A stretch of 64,000 bases of DNA from Camelus dromedarius. Lineage: Eukaryota. A program made the position numbers and the translations under genes. Shown piece after piece: positions 35,954-50,334 of this stretch. The first letter of the stretch is position 1; the number at the start of each line of letters is the position of its first letter. The notes under the pieces were generated by a model that saw only the letters and a program-made list of their open reading frames with translations, made no database searches and had not been told where the DNA came from. The stretch spans positions 16,060,001 to 16,124,000 of the forward strand of contig NC_087437.1 of the NCBI RefSeq assembly GCF_036321535.1, in the 5' to 3' direction.

Positions 35954-38900
35954 GTGAGTAGAAAGCAGACACCCACTGCCTGAGCCCCGGAGAACCACTG
36001 AGTCAAGCGGCTGAGTGCTTGGAGCGCTCCTTAGAGCCAGACCGGCCGGTCCCAACTGCCGGCCCTCTTCCCACCCCCAGTGCCCAGTGGCTGGGTCCCC
36101 AGGGCCCAAGGCTGCCCACCCTATCTGTGTCCGCCCTTCGTGGGCGCTCAGTGGATGCCCAGCAGGTAGATTATCTTCTGCACTGATAAGCCCAAGTGGG
36201 ACACGGACTGCAGGGGAAAGATTGGGTTTAGCAAGTCAATGAATCCTGAAATCAGACTCAGTGGGAAAAGATGGAGGGCTCTCTATTAACATCTTCTGCC
36301 TTATCTTATCCAATGGAGCGGCTGGGGAATGTGTGTTAACTAAATTCACAGATAAGCCAGAGAACACGAATGTAGGGAATTAAAAAAGATAGCGGAGCCC
36401 AAGAGGCCAAAGTGTTGGGCTATCTCCCAAGTATTCTCTTTCGAGCAATACCTTTAAAAGTTCTTCTCACTCATTATCTATTCCTCTCTTCTTCTGAAAA
36501 CGTATATATAATATTTTTAGAACTACGATTCCCCCCCAACCCACGTACGACGTAAAGTCCTGTGTCAGAATTATTCTTTTAGCTGTGTAATTACAACACG
36601 GCAGGATCTGAAAAGGTCCCGCTCGGTCAGCCGGGCCACCTCCTGCCTCCAGAAAGCAGAACGCTGAGGTCCTGACAGCAGACATGTTCTGTTTCCAAAT
36701 AACTCCTTGTGAATTCTGCAGACGCCCTCAGAAACCTGCCCCCGCCCTTGGTGCTGCGCCCTCTCTGTCACAGGCTGCCTCCGTGAGCCGTGTGTCACCT
36801 CCATCCTGCTGTGGCAGGACCAGCCCCCTCTTCCCGTTCACTGGGCGGTGAGCATGGAAACCTAAGCACGCCATCACTCGGCGGTTGTGGGAGCAGAACG
36901 GGCTCCAAGACAAAAGTTCTCACCCGAGGTTACCTAAGGTGGGGAGTGATGCCCGACCTCTCATGGCAGCTTCACGGCCAAGGAGCCCGTGTTCTTGCCT
37001 GGCCAAGGCCAGTGGGGGCTGGGCTGCACCCTGGCCACTCTATAGGTATGGCTTTGTTCCTCCGGGGATTTTCAGTCCAAGACCAAGAACCTGCCAAGGG
37101 TCTGTAGAGGACCAAGCCCCTGGCAGCTGCGCTGCTGTTCTGTGGTCATGGCTGGGAAGCCGCTGTGGGCTCGGCACCGGCTGAGGCACTGGGACTCTCC
37201 CAAGGTGGTCCAGGCAGCCCCCATAGTCATCAGCACAAAGTGGAGGGGGGCGTTGCGAGAGCCGCCCCTTTCTAAGGCTACAGGCACAGCTCCTGCGACA
37301 CTCAGAGTCCCATTTACCTCCCTTTCTTCCCTGACAGCAGGCCACCCTGGCCTCCGTTTTAAGCAGACCTCCCTGGTTTTAGAGGAAACACCTTAAACTG
37401 TTCTCTCTCTTTTCCTCTGTCCTGACTCTGCACCTCACTGCAAAATCTGCAGATGTTTTTACTTACACTAACTTGTGCATTTGCCCTTCTAGGCAGGCCC
37501 TTAGCTTCCCCAGCTGGAAAACAGAGACTGGGATTTAGTTATGATTCTCAAGGGACGGTGCCCCCTCCAGGGTGCATCAGAATGACCTGGAGGGCCTTCT
37601 CTGTTGCCCTGCGTCCCTGCTCTGGGCTGACCTCCGGCCATATTGAGAGTCACTAAAAGTCTATTTCAGATTTGGTGTCCTCTGAACTCTTTGGATGAAA
37701 CTTTTAAAGATGATCTTGTCGACCTGAAAGGCGAGGACACAAAATGGGGTTCAGAAGGAGGGATACCGTCTTAAAGACTAGAGATGCCCAAAGGTGAGAG
37801 TGGGGTGCCCTTGGAGGGAGCTCCCCTTTTCAAAGGCAGCCTTGTCATGACCCCTTCGTTGGGGTACAGAGAGTCCCTGAGCATCAGGTCAGGGTGCAAC
37901 TTGCTGCCTTTCGGGCCCCTTCAACCTGAGATCTGACCACTCTCCTGCTCTGGAGGGGCCGGCTTTGCTGGGCCACCACGCGGCACCCACATACATACTT
38001 CCAAAGCGCTCACAGCCCCCTTCTAGGGGACTGTCCTCTCTAAGGCCACCAGGAGGAAGCTTCCCTGGTTCCCAGGGTCCACATGGAAACCAACACTCAG
38101 TCTACAGTAGTAATGGCCTTGCTGCAACCAGTAGGACATCTGATTACACAGTGTTGACAAGCTGTGTGGTCTCCACCCCCAGGGACTTGGGGACACAGAG
38201 TTCTTCACAGATCAGAGTTCACTCCCTCAGCTGCCTTAGAAGTCTGTCTTCTTTTTAATTCAGTTCTTTTATAAATGCTTTTTCCTTCTATTCACATGCA
38301 TGCTCTTTTTCTCCAGTCCCTGAAACCCTGGTTCCTCTTTGCATCCAGGTTCTCTAAACTCATAGTCCTGTGCATTGAATCGCACTAGTACATCTTCTCC
38401 TGTGGACATCTGTCCCTCTGACTAAAGCTATTATTGTTGGAGAATTGCAGTCAAAGGACATGGCACATGTATCGCAAAAGAGGAAACCCAAGGCTCTGAT
38501 GGAAGATGGGCCTGGCCCGAGACTGGGGAGGGTAGGAATAATTTGTTCTGGAAAGCCTTTTCTGCGACATGCGTTGGGAACTTTATTCTGGTAGCTCATC
38601 TCAACTCCTTCAGCCCTGACACACCCTCTAGGGGGTGGGCATTGATCTTGGGAGATGAAATGACTTTGCCAGATCTCGTGGCTCATGGGTAGCAGAGGTG
38701 GACTGCACCCTCTCTACACCTGCCTGCAGAGCCCAGGGCCTTTCCCTATCTCAGAGGCCCATGCCTGAAGGCCAGAAGCAAGTCAAAAATGGGCTGAGGA
38801 CTAACCCCAGGAGTTCCGGTTGGTGGTTTGTTGGTCCCCCTCTGGGTCGCAGTGCAGGAGGCAGAAAGGCGGATAATGCCGGATCTGAATGTGTGCGTAT

Positions 38901-40639
38901 AAGCATTTCTGGGCCATTCACAGGCATGCTCCTCACTGTGGGATGTGGGCAGTAACCTGGAGAACCAAGCACTTCCTGCCCTGGGAGTAACAGAGAAGCT
39001 GCAGCAGCTCCCCAGCCTCACATATCAGTATCCAAGGGGCCCCTGACTCTCTTCCCCGCAGGCAGGGCTCTCAGGGCACTGTACAGAGGTTGGCAACCCC
39101 TGCCCTCCCAGACCCGCCTTTCAAGCTGATGCAAAGGCTGAAGGAGACATAACAGAAATGTTGGTAAACATAATACTTTCTCTAGCCCATCGAGACTTGG
39201 CAGATCAGGTCAGTTTGAGAATACCAAGGGCCCTCTAGGGCACTGGCTTACATCCCCCCTCTGCACCTGGAGCACAGAGAACCGACTTGTAAAGGGGGAC
39301 TTGGATTTGGGTGACAGAAACTGGAGGGAAGGCAATCTGGGAAGAGATACTGTGTGCACATGGTGCTGGATGCTGGGATGAAGCGCCTGGGAGTCTGTGG
39401 TCCATGTTCATGGGAGGGTGGGTTGGGGGCGGGGGTCTCCCGGGCCCCATAAGAGGTAGACAGACGGTGTGTTCTCATGGGTTCCACGGACCAGTTTTCA
39501 GAAGGAGCTGGCTGACTAAAAATTGCGTGGATGGGATGATCCAGGTGGCTGAGGGTAGGCTGGGGAATCTATCTCTAGTAAAGTTCCAGTTGATTCTCCA
39601 TTTGGGAAATGTTACCAGGTACTTATGGGGCTTGGATAACTACTCCCTTGATGGTGGTGGACACTGCACTGATTTCTGAGATGGATGGAGTAGGCAGGGG
39701 CGGGGAGAGAAGAAGGTAAGGGCTTGGTGAGGGGCCAAGGGCTTTCAGAAAGTGACCCTAACAGCATCATCTCCATGTCACAGGCAACTGCAACTATAAT
39801 CGCAGAGTCTCTTTTGTTAAGCTTTGAGAAAAGCAAAAACAAATGGGCTATGTCTCCGAAGACCCTAAGACTGGAAAACACTCTAATTTTCACACAGGAC
39901 AAGAGGACAGGACACAGGGACCACAGAACGGGAGTATGAGCTTGATCCCGGCCAAAAGCTTGAGGAGACTGGAGGCAGATGGATTCTGGGCATTTAAAAC
40001 TGAATTCAGTGATCCCTGAGAATGAACATAGGATTATTAAAAAAAGTTCTGGGGACCTCATCTCATTTCCTAGGGTTATGAATTTAGGAAATTAGCCAGG
40101 AATTGCGTATGTAGTGCATTTTTATTTTGGCAAAACTATTTGATGCTCTCCTACGGGAGAGCGTTGTGCAGTGGGTACAGAGCTTGCCTTCACAGCCGCA
40201 GAAAGTGGGTTAGTGACTCTGTCAGCCAGGAAGGAAGTCCCCCGTTTTATTTCAATCCTTGTCCAATTCAATCTCTTTGTTTGTTTGATTGTTTTTTAAA
40301 TTCATGAGTCAGGTGCAAGCCGAGGAATGCTTATCGAGTTTGGAGGTAACAGTTGGGTAGCAGAAGTAACACCACAGAAGACAGAATCGAAATTCAGAGC
40401 GGTACCACAGCCTTGAATGCTAATTTGAAATCTGCGAGACAAAATTTTAGAGGGATAAATCTGGAATCTAGTGTTGAGGTTCAAACAAGAATAAAGCAGA
40501 ATGAAAAGTTGGAGACCTGACTTGCTATCTTTATTGGAAAGAGTTTAGGTATTTACATTAGGTATCACATGCTTAACAAGAGTGTATAAATAGCTGATTA
40601 AAAAGCTATGCACTCTTACTGATGCAGAATAATACTACT

Positions 40640-40840
40640 AAAATCCTCCAGTTTTGAGCAGTTACTATGTTAAGCACAGTCACTTTAAGGTAACTAATTT
40701 AATCCTCGTAACTGTCCAATAAAGTAGATTTTGCGTATGAGGAAACAGAGCCTCAAAGAGGCCAAGTAACCTGTTTGTTCAGAGTCTTGGAATTAGTGAT
40801 TTGCAAGAATCAAAGTTTTAAATTCAGGCCTGTCTGCCTT
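40640..40840 (-). mobile_element. MIR SINE fossil
   Basis: taatttaatcctcgtaac...atgaggaaacagagcctcaaagaggccaagtaacctg...ttcaggcctgtctgcct. Confidence 0.7.
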
Positions 40841-42149
40841 TGTGGTCGCAATGACAGTTCAGATCAGAGGAGGTAATACACAGACGTGCTGTCCTCTGTG
40901 CTGGTAAGAACACGTCTAGAGGGATGTTCTTGGCTCTTGGGGTCCCCCCGTCAAGAAGGACTTTGTCAGCAAGGCAGCCTGCCTATGGAGGGTGCCAAGT
41001 CCTGACCTGCTACCCCAGAGATACCAGCCAGTTTGGTGCCAGAGAAATGCAGGCAGGGACCTGGGGGTCACCATTAGGCGTGACACCATCATGCAGTTGC
41101 TGCGTTTGTGAGGTTAAATGGAACTGTCAGTGAAAGATCAAAGGAGGCAGACTTTGATTCAGTGCGAGAACACTGCCCCCCAAAACTGGAACTGTCAACA
41201 CAGAGTCTGGCTGCTTGTGGGGAGGGAGGTGAGCCCTCTGCTCTTGCAGAGACAGCTGTCAGTGAAGGATGCTGTACAGAGGATTCCTGCTTTAGGGAGG
41301 AGATTGGACTTGATGCGACCCAGAAACACATCTAGGTCCGAGATTCCACACCCGGCTTTCTTGACTCTGTGTAGCAGGGATGTTTTTGAACTGCAGAGGA
41401 CACAGCATCCTGTCCATTGGAAATCACCTTGGACACCAGGGTGAAGGACAGGTGTGCCGGGACGAGGGGGACAGACCGGGGAAATTTTGGCTGCTTCTCC
41501 TGGAGGTAACAGCAGCGTTAGTCACTGAGCAGGAGTAAATGAGGGCCTGTGGGAAGAGGAGGAGAGGCCCCCAGGTGCAAAAGGTGGCTGAGTGTTCAGT
41601 GGGTGCTTATTAAATGTCAAATAAATTTAATGAGCTAGATTCACCCGTGTGTCGGCTGCTGGCTCCAAGCCAGAGTCTCTAAAAACTAGGTTAACTCTAC
41701 GAGTCCCTGGCTCCTTCACTGTTGTCCTCAGCTTCCTGGCAGGGTGCCAGTTGCCCAGAAACAGTGGGCCTTGACTGGAAGGACCTGCCTGTTCTGGTCA
41801 ATTGATACCCAGGAAGCAGGGAGATACTAAACTTCTTCTCCTGAAATATCTTCCTCAATAGCAAGGAGCCTGTGGCCCACTTGCCTTCTTCTGGAGACAC
41901 GTGGTAGACAGTAGCTGCGGTTTTAAGAACAAATTTTAAAGTGTGGTGAAAACCCCAAACAGAAGGTGGAAGAACAGTCTTCCTCAGACTCAGTGCTTTT
42001 CCTCCACCCTGGGGCTCCCCCTCTTGGATTCATCCTCTATCCCTGGCTGAGCACCCAGCACCTCCAATTTTTTATAGAAAAAGACAACCACCCATTGCTC
42101 CGGTCTTGGCCCTAAGAAGCAGGCAAAGCAAACTTTTTAGAGCCTTTCC

Positions 42150-43110
42150 TGTAGCTTTAATCTAAGGAACTGAGTCCTCAGCCCTTCACATCCACAGCTT
42201 CAACTCCCATTCATGTGTCTTCCACATCCACATCTCCAGATCCAGTCTTTCAGCTCTGTTTCCATCCTGAGTTTCCGGACTGGCTTCTAGGCACTTGCAC
42301 ATTTCACCTGTGCATTCAAAATTTAACACCATGTGTGCAAACTTCCCCGACAATAGGGTTTCCTTCCCAAAGTCCATTACCTGGTTCATAGGAGCAGGAT
42401 TCTGGAGGCCTTGGCACCGATTTGGATTCTTCTGGTCCCTCCGTAATTCCTCATCTTTAATTGCTCACCATGTGCTGTCAGTTCTTCCTCTGAAATTTCT
42501 CTTGCCTCTTTTGCTGTTGTCACTGTGGTGCTCTGGTTGAAAACTCTGCACCTTCATTACAGCGGCCACCCCAGAGCTGTTTTCTCAGCCCCCAGCCCCT
42601 TCCCCACAGCAGTGCGTGTGAATGCTGCAGGCTGCCTGCGAAATGAACTCCCCGATGCCTTCCTCTCAGTACATCCCTTCCCTGCTGCTGGAACACTTGT
42701 CAGCTCTGTGTGTCCGATGGCATCAATCCCAATGCCGTTGTTTGGTGGTCAAGTCCCTCCCATGCTAGCAAATCAGCGCTGGTCCACCTCAGACCCTGCT
42801 GCTTTCCACGTTCAAGCTGGCCACACTCTCTTCACTCATGCAAGGGCAGGTGTCTCTGAGCTTCAGCCTTCTCCCCCTCCGATGAAGGACCACATCACTT
42901 GTCCTTCTAGGACTCTGACCTTGAAGACTGGTGTCCATTGTCTTCCATCTTCTCTGGTTTCTGCAGCATTTACAGCTTGTTTCCAGATGTGGGATCCTCA
43001 TTCCAAACTCTCCGGCTCTGTTCTCCAGTTATTCCGTGTCTCAGGGAACTCCATGAGTGTTGTCTTCTTCGTAGCTGCCACAGCCCCTAGCACGGTGCTA
43101 CTTGGGTGTC
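42150..43110 (+). mobile_element. L2 LINE fossil (degenerate)
   Basis: ttcaactcccattcatg...tccacatccacatctccagatccagtctt..., ends tgttgtcttcttcgtagctgccacagcccctagcacggtgct. Confidence 0.6.
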
Positions 43111-44789
43111 TTGTCCACTTTGAGAAAATGAGGGGCAATCAACGTCCTGAGGCAGGGGACTGGATGAGGTCCCTCCCCGGGACCGGAATTCAGGTGCTGA
43201 TCTCTAAACAGCTTCTCTCTTGTGCTTAGATATCTGGACCAAATTTAGGTGAGTCACAGATATGACAAAGTCTGCCTTGGATCCAGAATGGGGAACGAGG
43301 AGGCAGACTCCCACTTCCCATGGCTCCCTCAAACCTCCTGGGACATGAGATACCGACAGCTGGAAACAAGCTAATGCACTAGCTCCGGGACCTGGCTGTA
43401 GGCTCCAGGGATGGGGAGCACTGGGCTTCTCCGGGCGCCCTTGAAGCCTCCCTCACAGGCAGTTGTGAGCTCCATGGACCCACAAGATGTCCTTGGAACT
43501 GATTTTGTACTTTTTCAATTTGCGAGAGGGCTGAATGGCAGCCTTCCATCTTCTCCTTCGTTTTTCATACCCAAATGTCACCTACTGTTCAGGACTGTCC
43601 CTTTCCTGGCCCGTGCTATTCTGCCCTGAGACCCTGGCACTTGTAAACATCCCTAGCTGACTTTTTAGATGCACCCTAATGATTTCCAGCAGTGAGAATT
43701 TGTCCCAGTCTCTTCCCTTTTGGGAGCACCCTGACCTACTGATGCAAGGTCTCCGACAACGGCCAGGAGTTTCTTCTGCTTCAAGGACTGCTCCATGCCA
43801 AGCAAGAAGGCTCTGGGTGGTAGCCAAATCATTTCTCCCCAAACCTAATACATTTAAAGGCTTGGTTCATGTTTAAGATTTTGCAGATCTCCTGGGATGA
43901 TGGTCTTTTAAAGCTTTGGCATAAATGAGTTTTGAGATCAAAGAACAAACGTATCGGCAAATCAGATCTTCAATAGAAATTAGTAAACTAGACGATCATA
44001 AAATTGAAGATTTTTTCTCTCTCTCGGCACCATCAGTCAGTTTACTATTTTTGTGCCAAAGGTATGTAACCCATGTTAAAAATAATGAAAATAACCAGGA
44101 ACTATAAAATATTATAAATATAGATTATTAAGACTAATAATAATAGGAAGCATTGTGCAGAGCATTATAAAAAGTCTCACATTGTAGAGCTATATTACAT
44201 CTGATATTATTATAACGGCCATTAATATTATTTCCCCAACACTCAACAATCTGAGAGCATTTTCTGAGCCCTGTCTCCAAATGTTTGGCTGTGCCTGACT
44301 CCACATCTGACTTGAATTCCTTGTTCACTGTCTGGTGATTCATTGCACAAAATACCATTTCCCTGATAATTAAAAACTGCTCACTGGCAAGTGGGAGCAG
44401 GAACAGGCTGATGCAGGATTTATGCAGAAACACAAAATGAGCCAAAAGACAAATGACCTGTTCTGCCTAGCTAAAGGCATTTTTTTTCTTCTTCTTTTTT
44501 TTTTTTTCTCATCATTTTCTGGGACTTGGAAAAGGCTAGCTGTGATGAGGGAGACAGGTCTGGAGGGAGGCGTCATCCCGAGATGAGGTGGATGCGGGGG
44601 AGCCATTAGTGCACGTGCTCCTCAATTTCAGGGAAAACAAGTCTGATTTCTTACGCCTGCACAGATGCAGGACGTTTGAAACTGGCATTGCATCAGCACG
44701 CCGAGGCTCCGTGCCCCTCCCTGGCTTCTTGTGAAAGGCTTTGGCAGTGACCAAAGCCCCTGACCCAGAGCAGCCGTTGAGATATCATG

Positions 44790-44850
44790 TGTGCACAAAC
44801 ACACACTCTCACATGCACATATGCGCACACACATGCGCGCACACACACAC
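44790..44850. repeat. Degenerate (CA)n/(CG) alternating repeat
   Basis: gcacaaacacacactctcacatgcacatatgcgcacacacatgcgcgcacacacacac. Confidence 0.75.
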
Positions 44851-45639
44851 TCCTTAATTCCACAAGCCAGCGAGGTAGCACATCTGTCTGAATAAACTGC
44901 ACAGTCATCAGAGCGTGAACTTTTTTCCCACGTAGGTGTGCCTGCTTGCACGCCACTGGCCTAAATGAATCCTGGCACCGTCAAGAGAACGGCCTTTCTC
45001 TTCTGGGAATAGCTCCTTCCCAGAACTGATTGGGCCGATATCTGTGGAGCTCATTAACTCGGAATCCTTTCTCATTCATCCTTACGTATGTCTTCACTTG
45101 AAAACCATTCATTACAGCACATTCTAGATTGTTTAATTAGTTTCCATGGAAGAGGTCCTGTAGGACAGCTTAGCATACATCGTTTAAAAGCTCTTGATCC
45201 AAAATAACAAGGTGGTTATTTTTAAAGTAACTAATATGACCTTAAGAGGCTTACATCCCCCACTGCCCACCCCTCTATCTTCCTCTTCCTAGCTCCCCAG
45301 ACACTTCCTAGAACAACTTGCAGATAACAATCACGAGCATATATCAGTCTGTGATCCCTCCCTGTGCATCAGGCACTGTGTTAGTGTGTCACTTGCAATA
45401 TGGTCTTTAATATTGCAACTGTCCCTGGAGGAAGGTGTTCCCTCCTCTGTTGGCAGAAGAGAAAATTGTTAGAAGAGATGTATGTGGTCTTGCTGCAGAA
45501 TGCCAGGCTGCAAAGAGGCTTTGGGGTTCTGACCTCACCTCTGGATCCCAGCCTCTGGGCTCTCAACCTCCTCTCATCTCAGCCCAGAACTAGGAGAAAG
45601 TCACAGGTTGTTGACACTGACCCGCTGCCCTGTTTGAGT

Positions 45640-46086
45640 GGGTCTGCCGTGGCCTCATCTCTTGCCCTCAGCTGTCCAGCATCCACTGGCTGACTTCCAT
45701 CTGCCACATCTGCATTTCTTCACCTAAGCACACTCTCTCACCTTCCAGCCTCCCTGCCCACCTGCACAGCCTTCCAAGCAGCTCCCAGCCAATGACTGAT
45801 GGGAGTTGTTGGTAACACTATAGCTCCCTCCACCTGGGGTGGGCAACTCTGAAGCATGTGGTACCCACACAGCTTTCAGAGCTTTGGAGGGGGCGGGGCT
45901 TAAGCCTGCGTCAGTTACCTGTGTCAGTTACCCACAGTGTAAGTGCCATGAGAGCACACCTTTGATAGGCTGCCTATTCCCCACCTTCCTTCCCCACTCA
46001 CCTGCAAGTACTTCTTGGGACCACCTCCCAGATAAGCCACTTGCTTTCAAAACCTTGTCTCAAGTTGTTGAGACCCCAAAGACGAC
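45640..46086 (+). mobile_element. LTR16-like ERVL solo LTR
   Basis: gctcccagccaatgactgatgggagttg...cttcttgggaccacctcccagataagccacttgctttcaaaaccttgtctca. Confidence 0.75.
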
Positions 46087-47845
46087 TGCCGGAGATGCTG
46101 GTCTGCATTGTTAGGCTTTCCATCTGTTCCAGTCCCTCCTGCTCTTCACTTGATCTCCACACCACATGAGAGAGATGAACCCCCATCTCTGTGTTCCTTC
46201 CCTTGTGCCCAATGAAATTAAAGTAAAATCTCCTCTTTCTCTCTTCATCCATTCATCCTCCAGGGACTAGAACATTCTCTTACAAAGTTGAGGATGTGGT
46301 TTGTCCAAATTTCAATCAGCAGATTCCAGAGTCAACGTTGTCAACTCCAAGTTTCCAACGAGCATTCTAGGATGATGCAGACCACTCTAAAGCAAGCTGC
46401 CTAGTACAGCACGAGTGATTTTATTTCATGACTGGGAATAACCCAACTATCAGAAAAAGCAATTCCCCTGGGCAGGGCATTTGGCTCTCGTTGGCTTTAA
46501 AAAAATACCCTCTTTAGTTCTCTACTGCATCTTCCTTCTCTCTCTGGATTGTATCCCGGACAGAATTGGTGACCAGGCCAATATTAATTTGGGGAAGCTG
46601 TAGAGTCATCAGAAGTTTTGGGGATGAACGATGTCAAAACTGGACGGACCATGTGCTCAGGGCCGGGAGACACTGAGAAGAAGCCACGGTGGGGCGTGTG
46701 TGCTGAGAGGGCGGAGCTCAGGGAATCTCAGGTCCAGCCTCAGCCTGGTCCCCAGCTGCAAGCACAGCGCTCGTGCTGTCTCAGACCCGCCTGCCCTGCT
46801 GACCCGCCTCTTCCACGAACCAGACAGCAGCTGCGGGCAGAGAAAACGGCTACTCTCCCCAAGGATGTGATGCTAGACTGTGCTGTTTAGCTTTTGAAGC
46901 CCACCTCCCACCACACTACTGCCAGGCAAACAATCTCCATACTTGCCTAATGACACATCCAACGTGGTGAAAAATGATACTGCGATGAATCCATTTATTT
47001 CTTGGGTTCCATTTCCTTCTTTTGTCCCCTCTCCACTTTTTGAATGCATTTTTTTCCTGCAATGACAATTCTCTATTTTGTCCCCATGCAGACCTATTTA
47101 TCTTGCCCCTGTAAACATCAGTGACAAAGTCCATATTCCTTTATGTATTTCTCATTTACCATCTTATTCACTTTTCATACTTCAGTGTGTTTGAAGGCAT
47201 GGGGTTTCAATAACCATTTTTCTTTCATCCCACCTCATTTATTTCTCTGTAGACTTTCCTCTTCTATCTTTCTCAGTGTTTCTATACTCTTCCACGTTTC
47301 CTCTTCCAGTATCCTGGCTTGGCACTCCTATCTTGAGGTTTTTCTAATAGCAATTTCTTTTTTTTTTCTTTTTTTTAATCCATTCTCATCCTTCTTCCAG
47401 CCCTGGACACAGCCGTCAGTTATAACCTTAACGGTGGCCTCCACTCAGGAAAGTTGTCAAGTTGATAAATATTGATATCTACCCTACCATTTTACCACCA
47501 CTTTTCTGCTAATGTATTTGGTTGGCATCAATCAGCTTCTTTGCCTTCTGTGAGTGCCCGGTGTGGGAACTGGTCCCGATCTGTCACGTATAAGTAATCT
47601 GCTCCACATTTCATCAAGAGCTCAAACACAGAAGGAAATATGGAGGAGAAGTAGAGGACAGAGAACCAGGCTAGTGTGGCCCAGAGGGAAGGGAGATGGG
47701 GTGGTCCAGCAAGGAAAAGAGAGGCAGCTTGATGTACAGGAGAGACGTCCCCTCAAACCATACCCTTCTCCTGGGGACATCAGCCAGCGCTTAATGACCA
47801 CCGTGTCCTCTTTGGGATGTTAACCCTGCTTATCTCCTCCAATAA

Positions 47846-48082
<237 letters not shown>

Positions 48083-50334
48083 TAAACTACCTATGGTGTG
48101 TGTCTAGGGATCTCTTGGGGATCTTGTCCATGGTGTCCAAGCTTATTTTTTGTTGCAGAGAAGGCAGTGCTAATTTTAAAAGATTCAGAAATAGCTCTGA
48201 AAGTGGACCACCAAACGCAGATAAGGAGAGAGACGTAGGGCAATCAGTTGAGAAGATTTTGAAAGAAATGCAAGTTTTTAGAAGCCAGATCCAGTATTGC
48301 ATTCACCGACACTGGTATCTTCATGGTTCTGGGCCAAGATTTCTTCCCACACTTTCAGTTCTCCTTCTGCAACGTGCATGGATTTGGAGACAGACCATGA
48401 GGAACTGAAGAAGAACCACTGTTTCTAGAAGAAAACCCATCCATAGCCATAGTTCCTAAAAAAGATCTATGATATGGATGGTAACAGAAGACAAATTTTA
48501 GTCCCAAGAAATGTGTGCTCTCATCCGTTTTACTGCGTTGGAATAGAAACCCAGCCCAGCAGAGAACTAACTGCCTGAGATGCTCTCAGGGAATTTTATC
48601 TCAAGACTGAGCTAGAATTTTCATCTTCCTTTAATGGAGCACTAGTTGAGTCAGATGGGCAATGGATCCAGCCTTATTCATGTAACTGAATAAAATATTT
48701 CCAAATACCGTTCCTTTGGAAGTAATCTCTTTACTGCCCCCTCTGCTGTCTTTTCTGAATCTTTTTTAAAAAATGTGTTTGCTTTGTGTCCTCTTTCCTA
48801 CTTTTGTTTCCTTCTACAACATTCTTTGTCTTTTCTTCTTCCAATCATAGTAGCCATTGTTCAAGATCCCTTCACTCACATCTGTAGCCTTCTTTGTAGC
48901 TCCTGTGTCTGGAAGTGCTTTGTTCACATCGATATTTTGAAGGCCATGGGGTTGCCACTTCCAATAATATTTTTGCTCCATAAAATACGTTGAGTCCAAG
49001 TCTTGCAGACAGCTACTCCATATATTATCTTTAGGGAGAAAGTCACCGTCCTTCCATTCACTGCCTCTCTTAATGCACTGAGAGGTCAAAAAGCCATCTG
49101 TGAAATTGGAAGTCACATTTGAAAGCTTGCCCCACGAAGCCACTATTTTCATGCTCTGGTTTCCCTCTTAAAGAGCTCCAACCTCATAGCATCACCGTGG
49201 TGGGTACCGGGACTCTCCCTGTGGGGACACACCACTCTCTTGCTGCCAGCCCCTCCCGAGTCCCCGCCAGCTGACCATAACCTGGTCCACAGGAGTCTGT
49301 ACAGATTTCCCACTGACTTTCATTACATATGTTACTGAACCATGACTTCCCCTTCTGTGCAGATAATTTTCTCTTCCCCCTTAGATGCTGACATACCTAA
49401 GGATCGTGCCTTGGAAGGCTGGATAGCAGATAAATCGGATTACTCGTAGGAGCTCAGGTTTCTCCAGTACAGTTGAAAGCGTGTTGGGGAAGAGCTCTTT
49501 CACTCCCGCACCCTGTTCCTCCACATTATTCATTGTTGTGTCATGTGGCCGTGGTGCTAGTGATTTTAATGTTGTTATTTATGTCATGAGCTTAGCGCAG
49601 CGTGTTCAGGACTGCATTTCATCCCAGAGAGCACATGTCAGCCCCCTTCCCGCCTTTGTCCGGGGAGAAGGAAAGAGCCTTCTCACTTTATGACCCACCT
49701 GGGGAATTGCTACTTGCCGCAAGCTCACCCACTGCTGGCCGCCTGTAAAAGGACAATCATGGCCCCGCTCCATCCTTCGCCTTCCATCTCTGTGTCGCCT
49801 TTGCTGATGCTGCCGTGTTTGTGCATTCTGCTCAGAGAAGGCTCGGTCCTCACCATGGCTCACCCTGTCCTGGGCAGGGATGATACATTTAGCCATTTAT
49901 AAGATGCCCAGCACCTTGGAATAAAGACTTCTGCCCAGTTGCTGCTAATCATCCTCTACCAGACACCCCTCTGCTCGTGTTTCAGAAATTGCAAAGCTAA
50001 TCCCTGTGGTTAATTCACTCTGTGTCCCTTGATGCAGTTTCAACAGGAGACACTCCGGGCTGGCATCCACCTGCCTTCACTCTCCAGTTCTTTTTCTCCT
50101 CCGTCACTGCTCCTGCTTGGCCCCCGCCCTGCCTCACTGAGACTGACTTTACATTGTGCTGAAAGAGCTGATGTAAAGGTCAAGTTAAAAAAAAAAAAGA
50201 ATTTTGTAAGGTGAAAGGTATACAGTGTAATTGGCAATATTTCCCTTCGCCACCTGGCAGATTGAGTGCAGGGGTTAGACTCTGGCTTGGATAATGGTAA
50301 CACAACATGGGAAGAATTGGAAATCAGTTCTCCT

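Noticed and set aside
35173..36006. 277-aa minus-strand ORF across intron 8/exon 9
   Set aside because: Non-ATG start, GC-rich low-information peptide antisense to EPHB1, no recognisable homology
42525..43229. 234-aa ORF
   Set aside because: Lies in a degenerate L2 remnant; no coding signature
48814..49152. 112-aa minus-strand ORF with protein-like composition
   Set aside because: No family recognised, and no poly-A or TSD to support a processed pseudogene; needs BLAST to exclude fully
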